Assembly: GCA_963701855.1 (NCBI GenBank)
Contig: CAVPBK010000009.1
Span: 64,001-128,000 of the forward strand
DNA: 64,000 bases
Direction: 5' to 3'
Source of the DNA: Nitrospirota bacterium
GTDB taxonomy: Bacteria > Nitrospirota > Nitrospiria > Nitrospirales > Nitrospiraceae
Made by a program: the position numbers and the translations under genes. This document shows, one piece after another, positions 40,271-50,756 of the stretch (its first letter is position 1; each line of letters begins with the position of its first letter). The notes under the pieces were generated by a model. That model was not told the DNA's origin. It saw only the letters and a list, made by a program, of their open reading frames with translations, and did not search any database.

Positions 40271-41095
40271 TTACCGCAGCAATGCGAGTGCCTGTTGCGG
40301 GAGTGCATTGGCCTGTGCCAACACCGCAATGCCCGATTGTACGAGGACCTGATTCTTCGTGAATTGCGACGTCTCGTAGGCGATGTCTGCATCGCGGATC
40401 CGAGATTCTGCCGCTGTGAAGTTCTCACTCGTGACCTGAAGATTCGAGATGGCGGCCTCGAAGCGGTTTTGAATCGAGCCATAATCCGCTCGGGCTGAGG
40501 CAACCGCACTGATCGCGCTGTCGATGTTGCTCAACGCGCTCTGGGCGTTTGCCGAAGTCGAGATGTCCACAGTTGACAAACCGATGCTCGTCAAGTCCAA
40601 ATCCTTCAGATTGAGTGTGAGCGAGTTGCCCGCTCCGCTCTTGAACCCGACGAAGACTTCGAATGAATTGCTGGCCCCGCTCAACAGCGCCTGGCCGTTG
40701 AACTCCGTGACGGAAGCAATCCGGTCGATTTCGGACCGGAGTGCGCCGAACTCCTGATCCAGATATGACCGTTCGGTGTTGCCGACCGTGCCGCTGCTCG
40801 ACTGCGAAGACAGCTCACGAAGACGGGCCAGCAAGTTCCCGATCGTGGACGCGGCGCCGTCGGCAACCTGCGTCAAGCTGATGCCATCGTTTGCATTCCG
40901 TGTCGCTTGATTGATGCTGCGAATGTGCGCGCGCAAGGTTTCAGATACGCCGAGTCCGGCGGCATCGTCCGCGGCGCGAGTGATTCGCAGTCCCGAAGAC
41001 AAATGTTCAACCGACTTCTGCAAAGACGCCGTGTTGATGCTCAAATTGCGTTGAGCCGCGATAGAAGCCGGGTTGTTGTTGATGATTAAAGACAT
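40271..41095 (-). CDS. fliC: Flagellin (short, 274 aa)
   Basis: LSSGLRITRAADDAAGL, ESRIRDADIA, LAQAN. Confidence 0.97.
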   Translation of the reverse strand: MSLIINNNPASIAAQRNLSINTASLQKSVEHLSSGLRITRAADDAAGLGVSETLRAHIRSINQATRNANDGISLTQVADGAASTIGNLLARLRELSSQSSSGTVGNTERSYLDQEFGALRSEIDRIASVTEFNGQALLSGASNSFEVFVGFKSGAGNSLTLNLKDLDLTSIGLSTVDISTSANAQSALSNIDSAISAVASARADYGSIQNRFEAAISNLQVTSENFTAAESRIRDADIAYETSQFTKNQVLVQSGIAVLAQANALPQQALALLR

Positions 41096-41141
41096 GGATC
41101 TACTCCTCCTTGAAAACCGAATGAATCAACCACTCGTACTT

Positions 41142-41159
41142 CCCGGCATCCGTGCCAGG
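41142..41159 (-). promoter_or_regulatory. CsrA-binding hairpin in the fliC leader
   Basis: CCTGGCA-CGGA-TGCCGGG with GGA in the loop; a second AAGGAGG site overlaps the SD. Confidence 0.7.
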
Positions 41160-41224
41160 ATTATTTTGACCTAAGACCACGCCGATAGCATGCATACCGA
41201 CAAGGTTCCCTGGTCGTGTATCCC

Positions 41225-41252
41225 TTATCGGCCCTATCCGGTCTACACTTGA
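41225..41252 (-). promoter_or_regulatory. Sigma28 promoter of fliC
   Basis: TCAAG-N15-GCCGATAA. Confidence 0.85.
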
Positions 41253-41320
41253 GCGGCACTGAGGATCAGGACAAAGAAAGGTCATAGTGGTCGACAACCG
41301 GCAGTATTCGATTAGGAGGT

Positions 41321-41851
41321 TCATCTAGAAGCCAAATACGGGAGGACTTCGAATTCCAGGATATCCGCTAGGCGAACCGGATCTTGAATCGACCGGGCGT
41401 CCAAGAGTTCTTGAACCCAGGAAGAAAGGGCTTGCAGATCGCCTCTAGCGGGACTGCCCTGCCCGGAAGCCTGAAGAAGTTCCACATAATCGGCCAGCTG
41501 CCCGAACCATCGGTCCAAGGCTGAAGGAATGATACCGGTCATACGCAGCGGCGTGAGGAATCCCTGAGCCTCGGCTTTTAATGTCGAGACAAACCGGGTG
41601 ATTGCCGGCGCAGCGTCCGTCATGATCTCCGGAATATCCTGTGAGCACGCATCGACCGGTCCAACCTCTTTGAGCAGTTTACTTAACAGCATTGGCTGAA
41701 GATCACGATCTGTGATCGGACGCCCTCCAAGCTTCAGTGAAGTGACCAACCGATGTCGTGCATATGCGCGATCGCTGACCTGCGCCAGCACCTCTCTGAC
41801 TGGTTGATCCTCACTGACGTCCCACTGATCGTGATCGAGTGTAATACGCAT
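41321..41851 (-). CDS. Hypothetical protein (flagellar glycosylation locus)
   Basis: AAGGAG RBS, 176 aa, ends LADILEFEVLP; co-directional with neighbours. Confidence 0.7.
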   Translation of the reverse strand: MRITLDHDQWDVSEDQPVREVLAQVSDRAYARHRLVTSLKLGGRPITDRDLQPMLLSKLLKEVGPVDACSQDIPEIMTDAAPAITRFVSTLKAEAQGFLTPLRMTGIIPSALDRWFGQLADYVELLQASGQGSPARGDLQALSSWVQELLDARSIQDPVRLADILEFEVLPYLASR

Positions 41852-41884
41852 GGTTCAGCTCCTTGTGAAAGATATGTGCGTTAT

Positions 41885-43552
41885 TTAGACGGAGTTCTGC
41901 ATCATCGGCAACGAGCGCTGTCGTTTCTCAATCTGCACCGGTGCGGCTGACAAGAATTTTCTGGTCCGATCGAAGCGCTGCTGCCAGCGTTGATAGGCCT
42001 TCACCTGCCGATCGGCCAACATCGTCAAACCGACAACATCATCGTTATGTATGTCTCTGATCATGGCAACGGTAGCCGGGCCGGTGACAGAATGGGCCAT
42101 CATCCGAGGCAGAAGCTGCTCTCGCTCTTGTCGAAGCCGCGCCTGTTCACGTTGTAGCATTGAGACCGGCAGCGGGTGACGTCGCGTGAGCGCTACAATA
42201 TGCCGAGCGTGCTGTTCCAGCCGGCGCAGCGGCTGAACCGCTTCTTTCATCCAGGCCAGCGCATGATCGTGGTCCGGCGCGGGTTCGGAATTCGGAGCCA
42301 ACTGACTCGGCTTGCCAGTGAAATCTTCATACCAGAATCTCCTCCAAAAGGCGGCATACCACGCAACGCCGGCATCCACATGTCCCGCGCGTAAGATGAA
42401 GGAGCCAAGTCCATCGATATCAGCACTGGATTGATACACGCGCACACCTGCGCTCCAGGAGGGAAACGGACCGAGTCCTATAGCATGAAGACAGAGACTC
42501 GCGACCTCTTCAGGAAGAAGTCGATCTTTGCACGCATGGTGGGCACAGATTTGGTCGAATCCACAAGGCGAGCAGGCAAGATCAGGCTGAATCACCCAAT
42601 GGCCTGGCCCATAGGGCCCTGTTTCATGGTGATCGACATGGCCGACTGACAGATCAATAACCGGGGTTCCGACGCCGACCGCAAGATGCATCGGTCCTGT
42701 GTCGTTCGTGAGGAGCAGCTGACAGCGCGAGAGCAGACCGACGAGTTGATGCAGTGTCGTTTGACCGCTTGCATCGAGAATCGGTGCGGCTCCCCCACTG
42801 GCTCGATAGGTCGATTTGGCCAGCTCGATTGAATCCGCCTCAGCAGCCGTGCCGATCATGACAAATCCCACATCTGAGTGAAGGCTCAGCCGAGCCATCG
42901 TCCTGCCAAAGTACTCCGGTCTCCAGGCTTTCATGATATCGCTGGCTCCGGCCTGTACGGCGATCCATCGCCGGGCGATTTGGCCCTGAGACCGAAGAAA
43001 GACGTCGGCCCAGGCTCGACCATCGGCTGGAACGGTGACCGACAGCGGCGAAAATGCGCCGGGGCCGCTGCCGCCCATGGCATAGAGGTCCACCAGATTG
43101 AACCGGTTGAAACATCGATGCCGATGCAGATCCGTGAAGTAAGACAGCCAGGGATTCTGCACGCTGGGACTTCCGTCCGGCCCTGCTGTAATCCCCCGCA
43201 ACTCTGGTGCGCCGATATATGAGGCAAGCAAGCCGGTCTGGCGATTGAAGGTGAGATTGACGATGCGATCGTACCCCGCTTCTCGCAGCGGCGCAGCCCA
43301 GGCTGTCATCTCTTGCATGAGCGTCACAAGACTCTTGGATTGTGTGCGGCAGTCATCGAGTAATCGTGTAAAGTCGCAACTGATGACCTGTCGAAGTCCA
43401 GTCAGGAGTGCGGCCGTCGGCGCAAAACTTCGATCGACTACCAGGTCGATCGCAACATCGAGCCATTCCTCGCGCAAACGTGACAACAAGGGACCGGTCT
43501 GAATCAGATCCCCCATGCGAGTCACATTGATGATCAGCACTTGTTTCGTCAC
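41885..43552 (-). CDS. Glycosyltransferase family 9 with C-terminal extension
   Basis: TRMGDLIQT, LTNDTGPMHLA, ETGPYG. Confidence 0.9.
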   Translation of the reverse strand: MTKQVLIINVTRMGDLIQTGPLLSRLREEWLDVAIDLVVDRSFAPTAALLTGLRQVISCDFTRLLDDCRTQSKSLVTLMQEMTAWAAPLREAGYDRIVNLTFNRQTGLLASYIGAPELRGITAGPDGSPSVQNPWLSYFTDLHRHRCFNRFNLVDLYAMGGSGPGAFSPLSVTVPADGRAWADVFLRSQGQIARRWIAVQAGASDIMKAWRPEYFGRTMARLSLHSDVGFVMIGTAAEADSIELAKSTYRASGGAAPILDASGQTTLHQLVGLLSRCQLLLTNDTGPMHLAVGVGTPVIDLSVGHVDHHETGPYGPGHWVIQPDLACSPCGFDQICAHHACKDRLLPEEVASLCLHAIGLGPFPSWSAGVRVYQSSADIDGLGSFILRAGHVDAGVAWYAAFWRRFWYEDFTGKPSQLAPNSEPAPDHDHALAWMKEAVQPLRRLEQHARHIVALTRRHPLPVSMLQREQARLRQEREQLLPRMMAHSVTGPATVAMIRDIHNDDVVGLTMLADRQVKAYQRWQQRFDRTRKFLSAAPVQIEKRQRSLPMMQNSV

Positions 43553-45363
43553 ACCAAGTCTTTCGTCTCGGACCGATACTCGTCCAACATGAGTACCATC
43601 AGGTCATCGCGGGACAGAGCGCCCATGGAACCTCGTGAACGAATCTGTGCCGCGAGCTGCTTCAGCTCCACCCGTTGGGTGGAAGGAAACGTTCGCAGGG
43701 TCGCTGCTAGAGAAGGAAATGAATCGGCGGCTGTTGCGGCTAGAGCTTCTGCCTGACGGGCTCCTCGCAGAATCGACCCGATACGATCCGGGCTGGCGAC
43801 GCCGATCTGGGACAGCAGATCGCGCATGCGGTGTGCATAGGTATGTTCGGCAAGGACGCGTCGGCGGGCTTGCGCCGCCATGGCCACACGCTGCTCTGGT
43901 TCGTGAAGCCAGCGGGTGATTTTTTCTGGGAGTTCATCTGGAGATGACACGGTGGCCATTTCACTCTCGGTGAATAGACCCGGCATCAGTGACCGACGGT
44001 CAGTAAGCTGAAAGGCTCCGCATGCGGCCAGTTCAAAGGTGCGGGGATTGACAAAATCCCCGTCAGGGTCGAGCCCAGCCCCGGCCCAAGAATGCAGGTT
44101 GATGTTCACGGCGCTCGCGTTAAATACTTTCTGACAGGTGTCGGTATCGATTCGTACGCCGTTGCGTTGAAGTACGGAGGTCAGTTCGGTCGCACCATCC
44201 CATTCGTTGCCCCAGAGCTTGAATGTCCAATCATGACCGAGGAGTCGAGGAAAGATCTCGCGGCGGTTGGCATAGCCCGCGCCGACAAATGAGACATCCG
44301 ACCCGTACTCCTCTCGTTCAGCCTGGGTCAATTCCAAGGGGCGGTGTACAGAAGGGTCGGCTGCCATCGGAAGATACCGCACTTCCTTCGCGCCTGCTTG
44401 CTTAAGCGCAGCGATGCAAGGCTCTTGCTGAATCACGAACCAAAAATCATAGCCAGCCGCCAGCTGCTGCCAATAGGTCAGGTGCCGATAGTTTTCGACA
44501 AACCACATCGCCGTCAGAAATTTTTTGCGCCGAAGATGCTCTAGCGCCGGAAGGATTAATGGAGCCTGCGCGAGCGACAGCACAATATCGGGTGGATCTT
44601 CTGCCAACTGGGCCATCGTGACCCGGCTCAGCATCTCCGCATACTTACTCTGCAAGGCCAGTCGATGTTGAGAATTCTTGAGCAAGTCCAGCTGGTGATA
44701 GCTCAGGGCATGGACGCTATGATCGAGCCAGCGGACGTCATGTCCGAGCGATTCAAGCGCGCTGACCGCATAGCGGGTAATGGGCAGAGAGCCTCCGTAG
44801 ATCGGCCCCACGACGGCAATGCGCAGCTGCCCGCCGGCCTGGGCCGAAACTCTCCGCTGCAAGGCCGTTTCAATGGCACGATGGTCGTTCGCATGCAGCT
44901 CAGCAGCCGGAGCATAGGTGACGAGTCGTAGTGGATGGCCGGCATCGGCGAGCTGATCACAAATCGCCTCTGTGGCACCCCACGCCCACGACAAGCGCTC
45001 GATCCAGTCACCCCATGTACGAACAGCCGCCGCATCGGCTAAGACGCTCAGATCGGGAGCGACGAGGACGACCGGCGCGGTCCGAGGCAGCCGTGCGCAC
45101 AACGCCTCGACATGGTAGAGCAAGCCCACCCCGAAGACTACGAGCGTCTCGCCCTCCTGATAGCTCTGGCTCTCGGCCCAAGCCTGCGCTTCTTTTATGG
45201 GATCGTAGGCGCTGTGAATCCAACGCCCATTTGCGCGCGCCGACGGCATACCGGTGCGTGCCGGCATGATCTCCAATGTGCCTCCCCCACTCTGGCGGAT
45301 TGCCACTGCTAGAGCAGAATCGCTCTGTGCCAGCCGGCTGACATTGGACTCGAAGGAGTTCAT
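43549..45363 (-). CDS. Maf/DUF115-N-like + CgeB-family glycosyltransferase fusion
   Basis: IHSAYDPIKEA, FGVGLLYH; SFVGAGY, NPRTFELAACG, EHTYAHR; ATGA overlap with the upstream gene. Confidence 0.8.
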   Translation of the reverse strand: MNSFESNVSRLAQSDSALAVAIRQSGGGTLEIMPARTGMPSARANGRWIHSAYDPIKEAQAWAESQSYQEGETLVVFGVGLLYHVEALCARLPRTAPVVLVAPDLSVLADAAAVRTWGDWIERLSWAWGATEAICDQLADAGHPLRLVTYAPAAELHANDHRAIETALQRRVSAQAGGQLRIAVVGPIYGGSLPITRYAVSALESLGHDVRWLDHSVHALSYHQLDLLKNSQHRLALQSKYAEMLSRVTMAQLAEDPPDIVLSLAQAPLILPALEHLRRKKFLTAMWFVENYRHLTYWQQLAAGYDFWFVIQQEPCIAALKQAGAKEVRYLPMAADPSVHRPLELTQAEREEYGSDVSFVGAGYANRREIFPRLLGHDWTFKLWGNEWDGATELTSVLQRNGVRIDTDTCQKVFNASAVNINLHSWAGAGLDPDGDFVNPRTFELAACGAFQLTDRRSLMPGLFTESEMATVSSPDELPEKITRWLHEPEQRVAMAAQARRRVLAEHTYAHRMRDLLSQIGVASPDRIGSILRGARQAEALAATAADSFPSLAATLRTFPSTQRVELKQLAAQIRSRGSMGALSRDDLMVLMLDEYRSETKDLV

Positions 45364-46550
45364 TGCACGCCTTGCAAAGACAGGCGCTGTTTCATTAACT
45401 GCCTCCAGACAGCGGCTCGTTGATCTTCTTGTGGTTCTCTGCCGCCCACTAACTTGAAGATGGCTCCCCATTCGTCATGGTGAGAATGCCACAAGGACCA
45501 CCTTGCGACTGGTTCTTGTTGCGGCACTGTAGCGGGCTCTCGAATCATCTTCACACTGGCTTGGATTGGCCAGGTCTCCGGCTGGGCGCAATCCGCTTGC
45601 CACACCAAGTGGCCCTGTCCATAGGGCCCGGTTTCATGCACGCGCGCGCGTGAGAAATAGAACCCCATCGCGCTGGTTCCGACAGCCGCTGCCAGATGCA
45701 GCGGACCCGTGTCGGCACCGACGGCCCAGTCACATCGTTTCAAAATCGCGGCGAGCTGCGAAAGAGTCGTGCGCCCAGTGGCATCCCACAAACGCCCTGC
45801 AATCATCGGCGAGAGCCCATCCTGAATTGCAAGGGCAGTGGTCTGGTCACGTTCGGCCCCGACCAAAACAACCGCGCAGGGCGAATCGTAAGCGAGCACT
45901 GTTGCGATCCAATCTATCCAGACTGCCACGGGTATCGATCGATCCGCGTCGCCCGCCCCCACGACCACCGCGATCCATTGCCCTGCCGAGATGCCGACCT
46001 CAGCCAGGTCACCAGGAAGATCGATCGAGGAAAGTCGCAAGATGGGCGGAACCGATGGGGGGGGCACTCCGCACAAGCCACAGAAGGTATCGGAGAGATG
46101 AATGCGATTGGATCCCCGCGTAGTTGCGACGTGGCGCAGATACGATGCCCAGGGTGACAGCTGTTTGTCCAACGGCCCGTGCAGGTTGGGGCCTTGAACC
46201 TCTGTGGCCAATAACGTGGCTGCCAGAACTGCCCGTGGGTGATGATTTAGCACGTAGGCCATCGTATATGGCTCGGTCGTCAACTCTGTGAGGTACTGCT
46301 CGACTTCACGCAACCATGACGGCTGGAACTCTCCGACGAAGGACTCGGCCCATGCGTGCCATTGTGCTCCGTTCCACTTCAAGACATGCCCCACTTCCGG
46401 AAAAAGCATGGCGAGGTCCACCAGCGGCGCAGGACAGAGCAGGTCGAGAGTCCGGTGCGGATACTGAGCCGTGAGCGAGGCGATGGCCGGCAAACTCTGG
46501 ACCAGATCGCCCAGCCGAGCAAGCTGAATCATGAGGCAGCGTGGCGTCAT
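45360..46550 (-). CDS. Glycosyltransferase family 9
   Basis: ARLGDLVQS, GADTGPLHLAAA, ETGPYG. Confidence 0.9.
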   Translation of the reverse strand: MTPRCLMIQLARLGDLVQSLPAIASLTAQYPHRTLDLLCPAPLVDLAMLFPEVGHVLKWNGAQWHAWAESFVGEFQPSWLREVEQYLTELTTEPYTMAYVLNHHPRAVLAATLLATEVQGPNLHGPLDKQLSPWASYLRHVATTRGSNRIHLSDTFCGLCGVPPPSVPPILRLSSIDLPGDLAEVGISAGQWIAVVVGAGDADRSIPVAVWIDWIATVLAYDSPCAVVLVGAERDQTTALAIQDGLSPMIAGRLWDATGRTTLSQLAAILKRCDWAVGADTGPLHLAAAVGTSAMGFYFSRARVHETGPYGQGHLVWQADCAQPETWPIQASVKMIREPATVPQQEPVARWSLWHSHHDEWGAIFKLVGGREPQEDQRAAVWRQLMKQRLSLQGVQ

Positions 46551-46556
46551 AGATCG

Positions 46557-49500
46557 TCAAAACTGTGGGGCGATTTCAGCCAACGCATCCTGTATTGACA
46601 GCGCTCGCGCCAATTCCTCAAGCCCCTCGTAGGAAGGAGCCAGGATACAAAGTGTCCGATATTCCTGTTGTGCAGCGCCGGTCTGTCCGCTTCGCATGAA
46701 CACACCTGCCAGCGCGTATCGAACGGATAAATCGGCCGGGTTTCTCGATACAAAACCTTGGAGCCGCTCGCTCAGTTCCACCCACGAACCGCATATGCTG
46801 CCCACTCGTAAAAGCCAATGAATCGCCTCGGCATCATCCGGGTATTCATTCAATACAGTACAGAAATCATTCCATGCCTGGGCAGACTCGCGTAAGCCCA
46901 CTCGTGCCATCCCTAACCCCATCATTGATTTTCGCCTGTCTCCCTGATGGGTCAGGGCAGTCATGAACGCCTGTTCCGCTTCGGCATATTGTGCCCGCTG
47001 CATGTCGAGGATGCCGTGCAATACCCAGCCCTCGCCATCCTGGGGAAATCGCTTCAGCAATGCGCCAAGATGAGCGTCTGCCTCCGACAAATTCCCTTCT
47101 TCCAACGCCATGCGTGCCAGAGCCCTTCTGGCTGTCAGATCATCATCGTTCTGCAACAGTTTCTCGTAGAAGTGCCGGCTCAGTGGCGCATGGCCGATCT
47201 TGGTACAGAGCCAGGCGCCCCAGCTTAGAACATCTGCGGCGGCGGGCCATTCATCCCATCTGGCCAGAAGAGACTCCACCAGTGGGATATCTTGACGAAG
47301 AGCCGCACGTTCTGTCTCGACTACCAGGTTCCATGAAGCCTTCTCTCCCTCGTGTCGAAGCGGGCAAAGCTCCAACTGCTCGTTGTCCCCGTCCTTCGTG
47401 TGGACGGACCGGTACCCATCCTCGTAATAATAGAGATCTTCGTCTGCCAGCCACCATCGCTGCCGCCATCGAGCGAGGAATCGGAGCGCGTTTTCCTGAT
47501 CATGAGTTTTGCGTCCTGGCGTTTGACTTTCAAGGTGATAGAGGACGCTCAACGGTTGATAGGTAATCTGCCAACCTTTATCGGTAACCTTCAAACAGAG
47601 GTCGACATCTTCGAACCCGTTCTGAAATTCTTCGTCAAATCCACCTGCGGCCTCAAAGATCTCCCGCCTAATCAGCATGCACGCTGCTGTGACAGATTGG
47701 AATGTTCGACGCTGGTTGACCGCCGGATGGTCCCGATGAAAACGGCGATAGAGATGATATGGCATGAGCCCTTCCCGTGAGAAGACGACTCCTGCATGTT
47801 GAATCGTGTCGTCTTCATAGAGCAGTTTGCTTCCCACGACCCCGACATCTGGATGAGATGTGACCTCAGCAACCAGCGCGGTCAGCCAATTATTCAGCGG
47901 GATCGTATCGTTGTTCAAAAAGATGAGGAAGCGTCCCCGTGCCACCCGAGCGCCCTGGTTACAGGCCTTGGCGAAGCCGAAATTATCGTTGTTTCGGATG
48001 ATCTGGATATCGCCACTCAGCTGATTGAGGAAATGTGCCGTGCCATCGGTCGAATGATTGTCCACTATGACAACTTCGTAGGAGATGCCGGATGTGACTC
48101 TCGCCAGTTCTGTCAAGCACTGCTCTGTCAACTCCTGTTTATTCCACACCGGAATGATGATGGAACAGTCGAAGCGTGCAGCCGAAGCGGCTGGTGTGTG
48201 CGTTGTGCCTTGACCATATCGCGCCCGCAGACGTGTTTCTTCGGGGTTGGCAATTTCCGGCCTATTGGACAGGCCTTCGGGAGAGTGCCAATAGAGTCCC
48301 GTCACTTTAGGGATATGGAGTAACTGACGGCTGGCGCCCAGGCGAAGCCAAAATTCCTGGTCTCCCAATGCCACATAACTCTCGTCGAAGAAACCGACAT
48401 CCTGGTGGACGGATCGGCGCCACATAGGATGAGGGCCTACAAGGCAACGGCGGCACAGATCGCTATAGCAGTACTCAGGCCATTGCCACATCCCTTCGCG
48501 TTGATGATGTTCAAAGGTTTGGTGTGGGTATCTGGTCAAATAGGTATCGCCATAGACCAGAGCAACGTCCGGATGTTCATCGAGTGTTCGTGCAAGGATC
48601 TCGTAGGCATCGGGTCGGAGGCGGTCATTTGTACTGAACGGGGTCACGTAAGTACCGTTCGCTACCTTTAACGCCATATTCCATGCGGCATAGACCCCAA
48701 TTCTTGTCGGGGTCCTGAGATAGGTGATGTTCTTGTATCGCTCCTGAAAGGTGGACACGATGGCTCGCTCGTTCTCCGGAGACGCGGCCTCCACCACAAT
48801 GATTTCCATTTGCTGGATGATTGTCTGATTCTCCAGATCTTCGAGACACTCCCGCATAAATGCCTCAGCCCGATAGCTGGAGACAATCACCGAAATCAGC
48901 GGAGTATCCGCCGCAGCCTTGCGTCCGATTGACACGACTCGTGATTTGCTCAGGCAGCGATTTGTAAACAATGCATTGCCATGCGTGGGCGATTGTGGTG
49001 ATAACGGTGCAAATGAGACGAGTTGATGGTCAGAAGCGAGCACCGCTACGAGATCGTCGAGACATCGGGCTCCTTGATAGATCTCTTCAAGACTTGCTTC
49101 GACATAGAGCACTTGAATGTGGCTCTTGAGCTCGGAGGACAACGAGGACAGGATTTGGTGTTCAGCGCCTTGCACGTCGAGAAGAAGCATGTCGGGCCTC
49201 AGCAAACCAGCTGTTTGAATAACCTGGTCGAGTGTCCGGCATTCGACTCGAGTGGCGCGTACTTCCCTGACGTGAGGAAAGATCTCCCGGTGTTTACCCA
49301 GCCGCAGGAGGGAGCTGGACTCCCCATCATTATTGGTAATGAAAAAGTCCTGCTTTCCATTGTGATCTGACAGAGCAAAGGGGAACACGCGGACACGGAC
49401 GTCTGTCGTCTCAAGCTGCTTCAACTGTCGAGCCAATTCCGGGATGGGCTCGAACAAGTAAATGTGCTCAAGATTTGGAAAGAGTTGATCGAAGAGTTGC

Positions 49501-50756
49501 CGCTCTTGGTAACGATGGGCCCCACCGACACAAAGCACGCGAATATTCCTGGCAATCGGGGTACATGCAAACGAGCTCAGGAGATCATGCTGTGATTGTC
49601 CAGTCACCATGGGTACATCCTTTGGCAATGCAGGAGTTGATCTTGGCGCGGACCCCTGAATGATCCCAGGCCTGGATGTATGCTGATTTTTGACCAGCGG
49701 GACTGAAAACGATATCGCTCGGTCGATGACTTGTTCGGAGCAGTACACATCCCATTCATTGTTCAGCGCCACACGCTGGTACGCCTCGGTGCGCGATGTG
49801 AGTCGGTCAGCGATGGATCGGCGAGCCATTAGCGATAACTGGAGAGGAACCTCCAGGGACTGTTCAAGACCCCAACGCGTGCCCGGTGTGACCTGAGTGA
49901 GGCGATTGTGGGCTCGTGCGAGAGCTTCGAGATACGGAATGAAACAATGGGTCAAACCAGAAATCGTCAAGCGATAATGCGGATGAGATACCGGGATGGC
50001 CAAATCAGGACTGGCCCGTTTGAGTGAATGAAAGTGATAGAAAATAAGCGCGACGTTTTCGACCAAAGTGTGGCCTTCGCTGGAGGCACGTATGTCATAT
50101 TGATCATGATTCCATGGTCCAACACCTCCGCCGTGGTGTTGCAGAACAGTCACTCCCTTGAAGCGCGTCGGCCAGTCTTCTAGATAGAGTTGGTCACCCA
50201 TCTTCCCCTGTTCGTACCGCGCAAAACACCATTCGAGACAGCGCGCTCTCCACCAGCGCAGGGCTTGCAATCCTTGCGGATCCCGTCGAAAACTCAGGAG
50301 GCCCACATTGAATCGGCCATTGTGCGGGCTCAGGTGAGCCTGGCTTGGCGAGAACCGATGTTCGTGGATGAGAATAGAATTCTGTCCCAGTTCCGCGAAG
50401 AGAGGTTGAGGCGATGAGAAGAAGAATAGATCCGCATCGAGGTAGGTCAGAAGATCAATCCTCCGGTCGCGCTCCAGAACGCGCAGTATAATCGTCGGGG
50501 TCATGGTCCAGTAGTACTCGACTAACGAGCGGGACTGTTTGGTCTTCAGCAACGCCTCGTCTCTCTGCTCGATCTCATGCAGGGGAATCAGGCAAATTTC
50601 AGGAATGGCAAGCTGAGCCAGGATGATGCGCGTGATCTCATCCATGCAGACGACAAACAGAGTAAAGCGAGAGGTCTCCTGCTGCCTGAGGGATTCAAGA
50701 AGCGCAAGACCACGAGTGAGGTATCGACAGTCAAAATAGGTGCAGTAGTAGCGCAT
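46557..50756 (-). CDS. Multidomain GT-A + FkbM methyltransferase + GT2 + GT2 + TPR protein (~1400 aa)
   Basis: YCTYFD..YLDAD..GDQLYL; FEP, LDVQGAE; ISVIVSSY; SIIIPVWN, LNND, EDVDLC; C-terminal TPRs. Confidence 0.88.
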   Translation of the reverse strand: MRYYCTYFDCRYLTRGLALLESLRQQETSRFTLFVVCMDEITRIILAQLAIPEICLIPLHEIEQRDEALLKTKQSRSLVEYYWTMTPTIILRVLERDRRIDLLTYLDADLFFFSSPQPLFAELGQNSILIHEHRFSPSQAHLSPHNGRFNVGLLSFRRDPQGLQALRWWRARCLEWCFARYEQGKMGDQLYLEDWPTRFKGVTVLQHHGGGVGPWNHDQYDIRASSEGHTLVENVALIFYHFHSLKRASPDLAIPVSHPHYRLTISGLTHCFIPYLEALARAHNRLTQVTPGTRWGLEQSLEVPLQLSLMARRSIADRLTSRTEAYQRVALNNEWDVYCSEQVIDRAISFSVPLVKNQHTSRPGIIQGSAPRSTPALPKDVPMVTGQSQHDLLSSFACTPIARNIRVLCVGGAHRYQERQLFDQLFPNLEHIYLFEPIPELARQLKQLETTDVRVRVFPFALSDHNGKQDFFITNNDGESSSLLRLGKHREIFPHVREVRATRVECRTLDQVIQTAGLLRPDMLLLDVQGAEHQILSSLSSELKSHIQVLYVEASLEEIYQGARCLDDLVAVLASDHQLVSFAPLSPQSPTHGNALFTNRCLSKSRVVSIGRKAAADTPLISVIVSSYRAEAFMRECLEDLENQTIIQQMEIIVVEAASPENERAIVSTFQERYKNITYLRTPTRIGVYAAWNMALKVANGTYVTPFSTNDRLRPDAYEILARTLDEHPDVALVYGDTYLTRYPHQTFEHHQREGMWQWPEYCYSDLCRRCLVGPHPMWRRSVHQDVGFFDESYVALGDQEFWLRLGASRQLLHIPKVTGLYWHSPEGLSNRPEIANPEETRLRARYGQGTTHTPAASAARFDCSIIIPVWNKQELTEQCLTELARVTSGISYEVVIVDNHSTDGTAHFLNQLSGDIQIIRNNDNFGFAKACNQGARVARGRFLIFLNNDTIPLNNWLTALVAEVTSHPDVGVVGSKLLYEDDTIQHAGVVFSREGLMPYHLYRRFHRDHPAVNQRRTFQSVTAACMLIRREIFEAAGGFDEEFQNGFEDVDLCLKVTDKGWQITYQPLSVLYHLESQTPGRKTHDQENALRFLARWRQRWWLADEDLYYYEDGYRSVHTKDGDNEQLELCPLRHEGEKASWNLVVETERAALRQDIPLVESLLARWDEWPAAADVLSWGAWLCTKIGHAPLSRHFYEKLLQNDDDLTARRALARMALEEGNLSEADAHLGALLKRFPQDGEGWVLHGILDMQRAQYAEAEQAFMTALTHQGDRRKSMMGLGMARVGLRESAQAWNDFCTVLNEYPDDAEAIHWLLRVGSICGSWVELSERLQGFVSRNPADLSVRYALAGVFMRSGQTGAAQQEYRTLCILAPSYEGLEELARALSIQDALAEIAPQF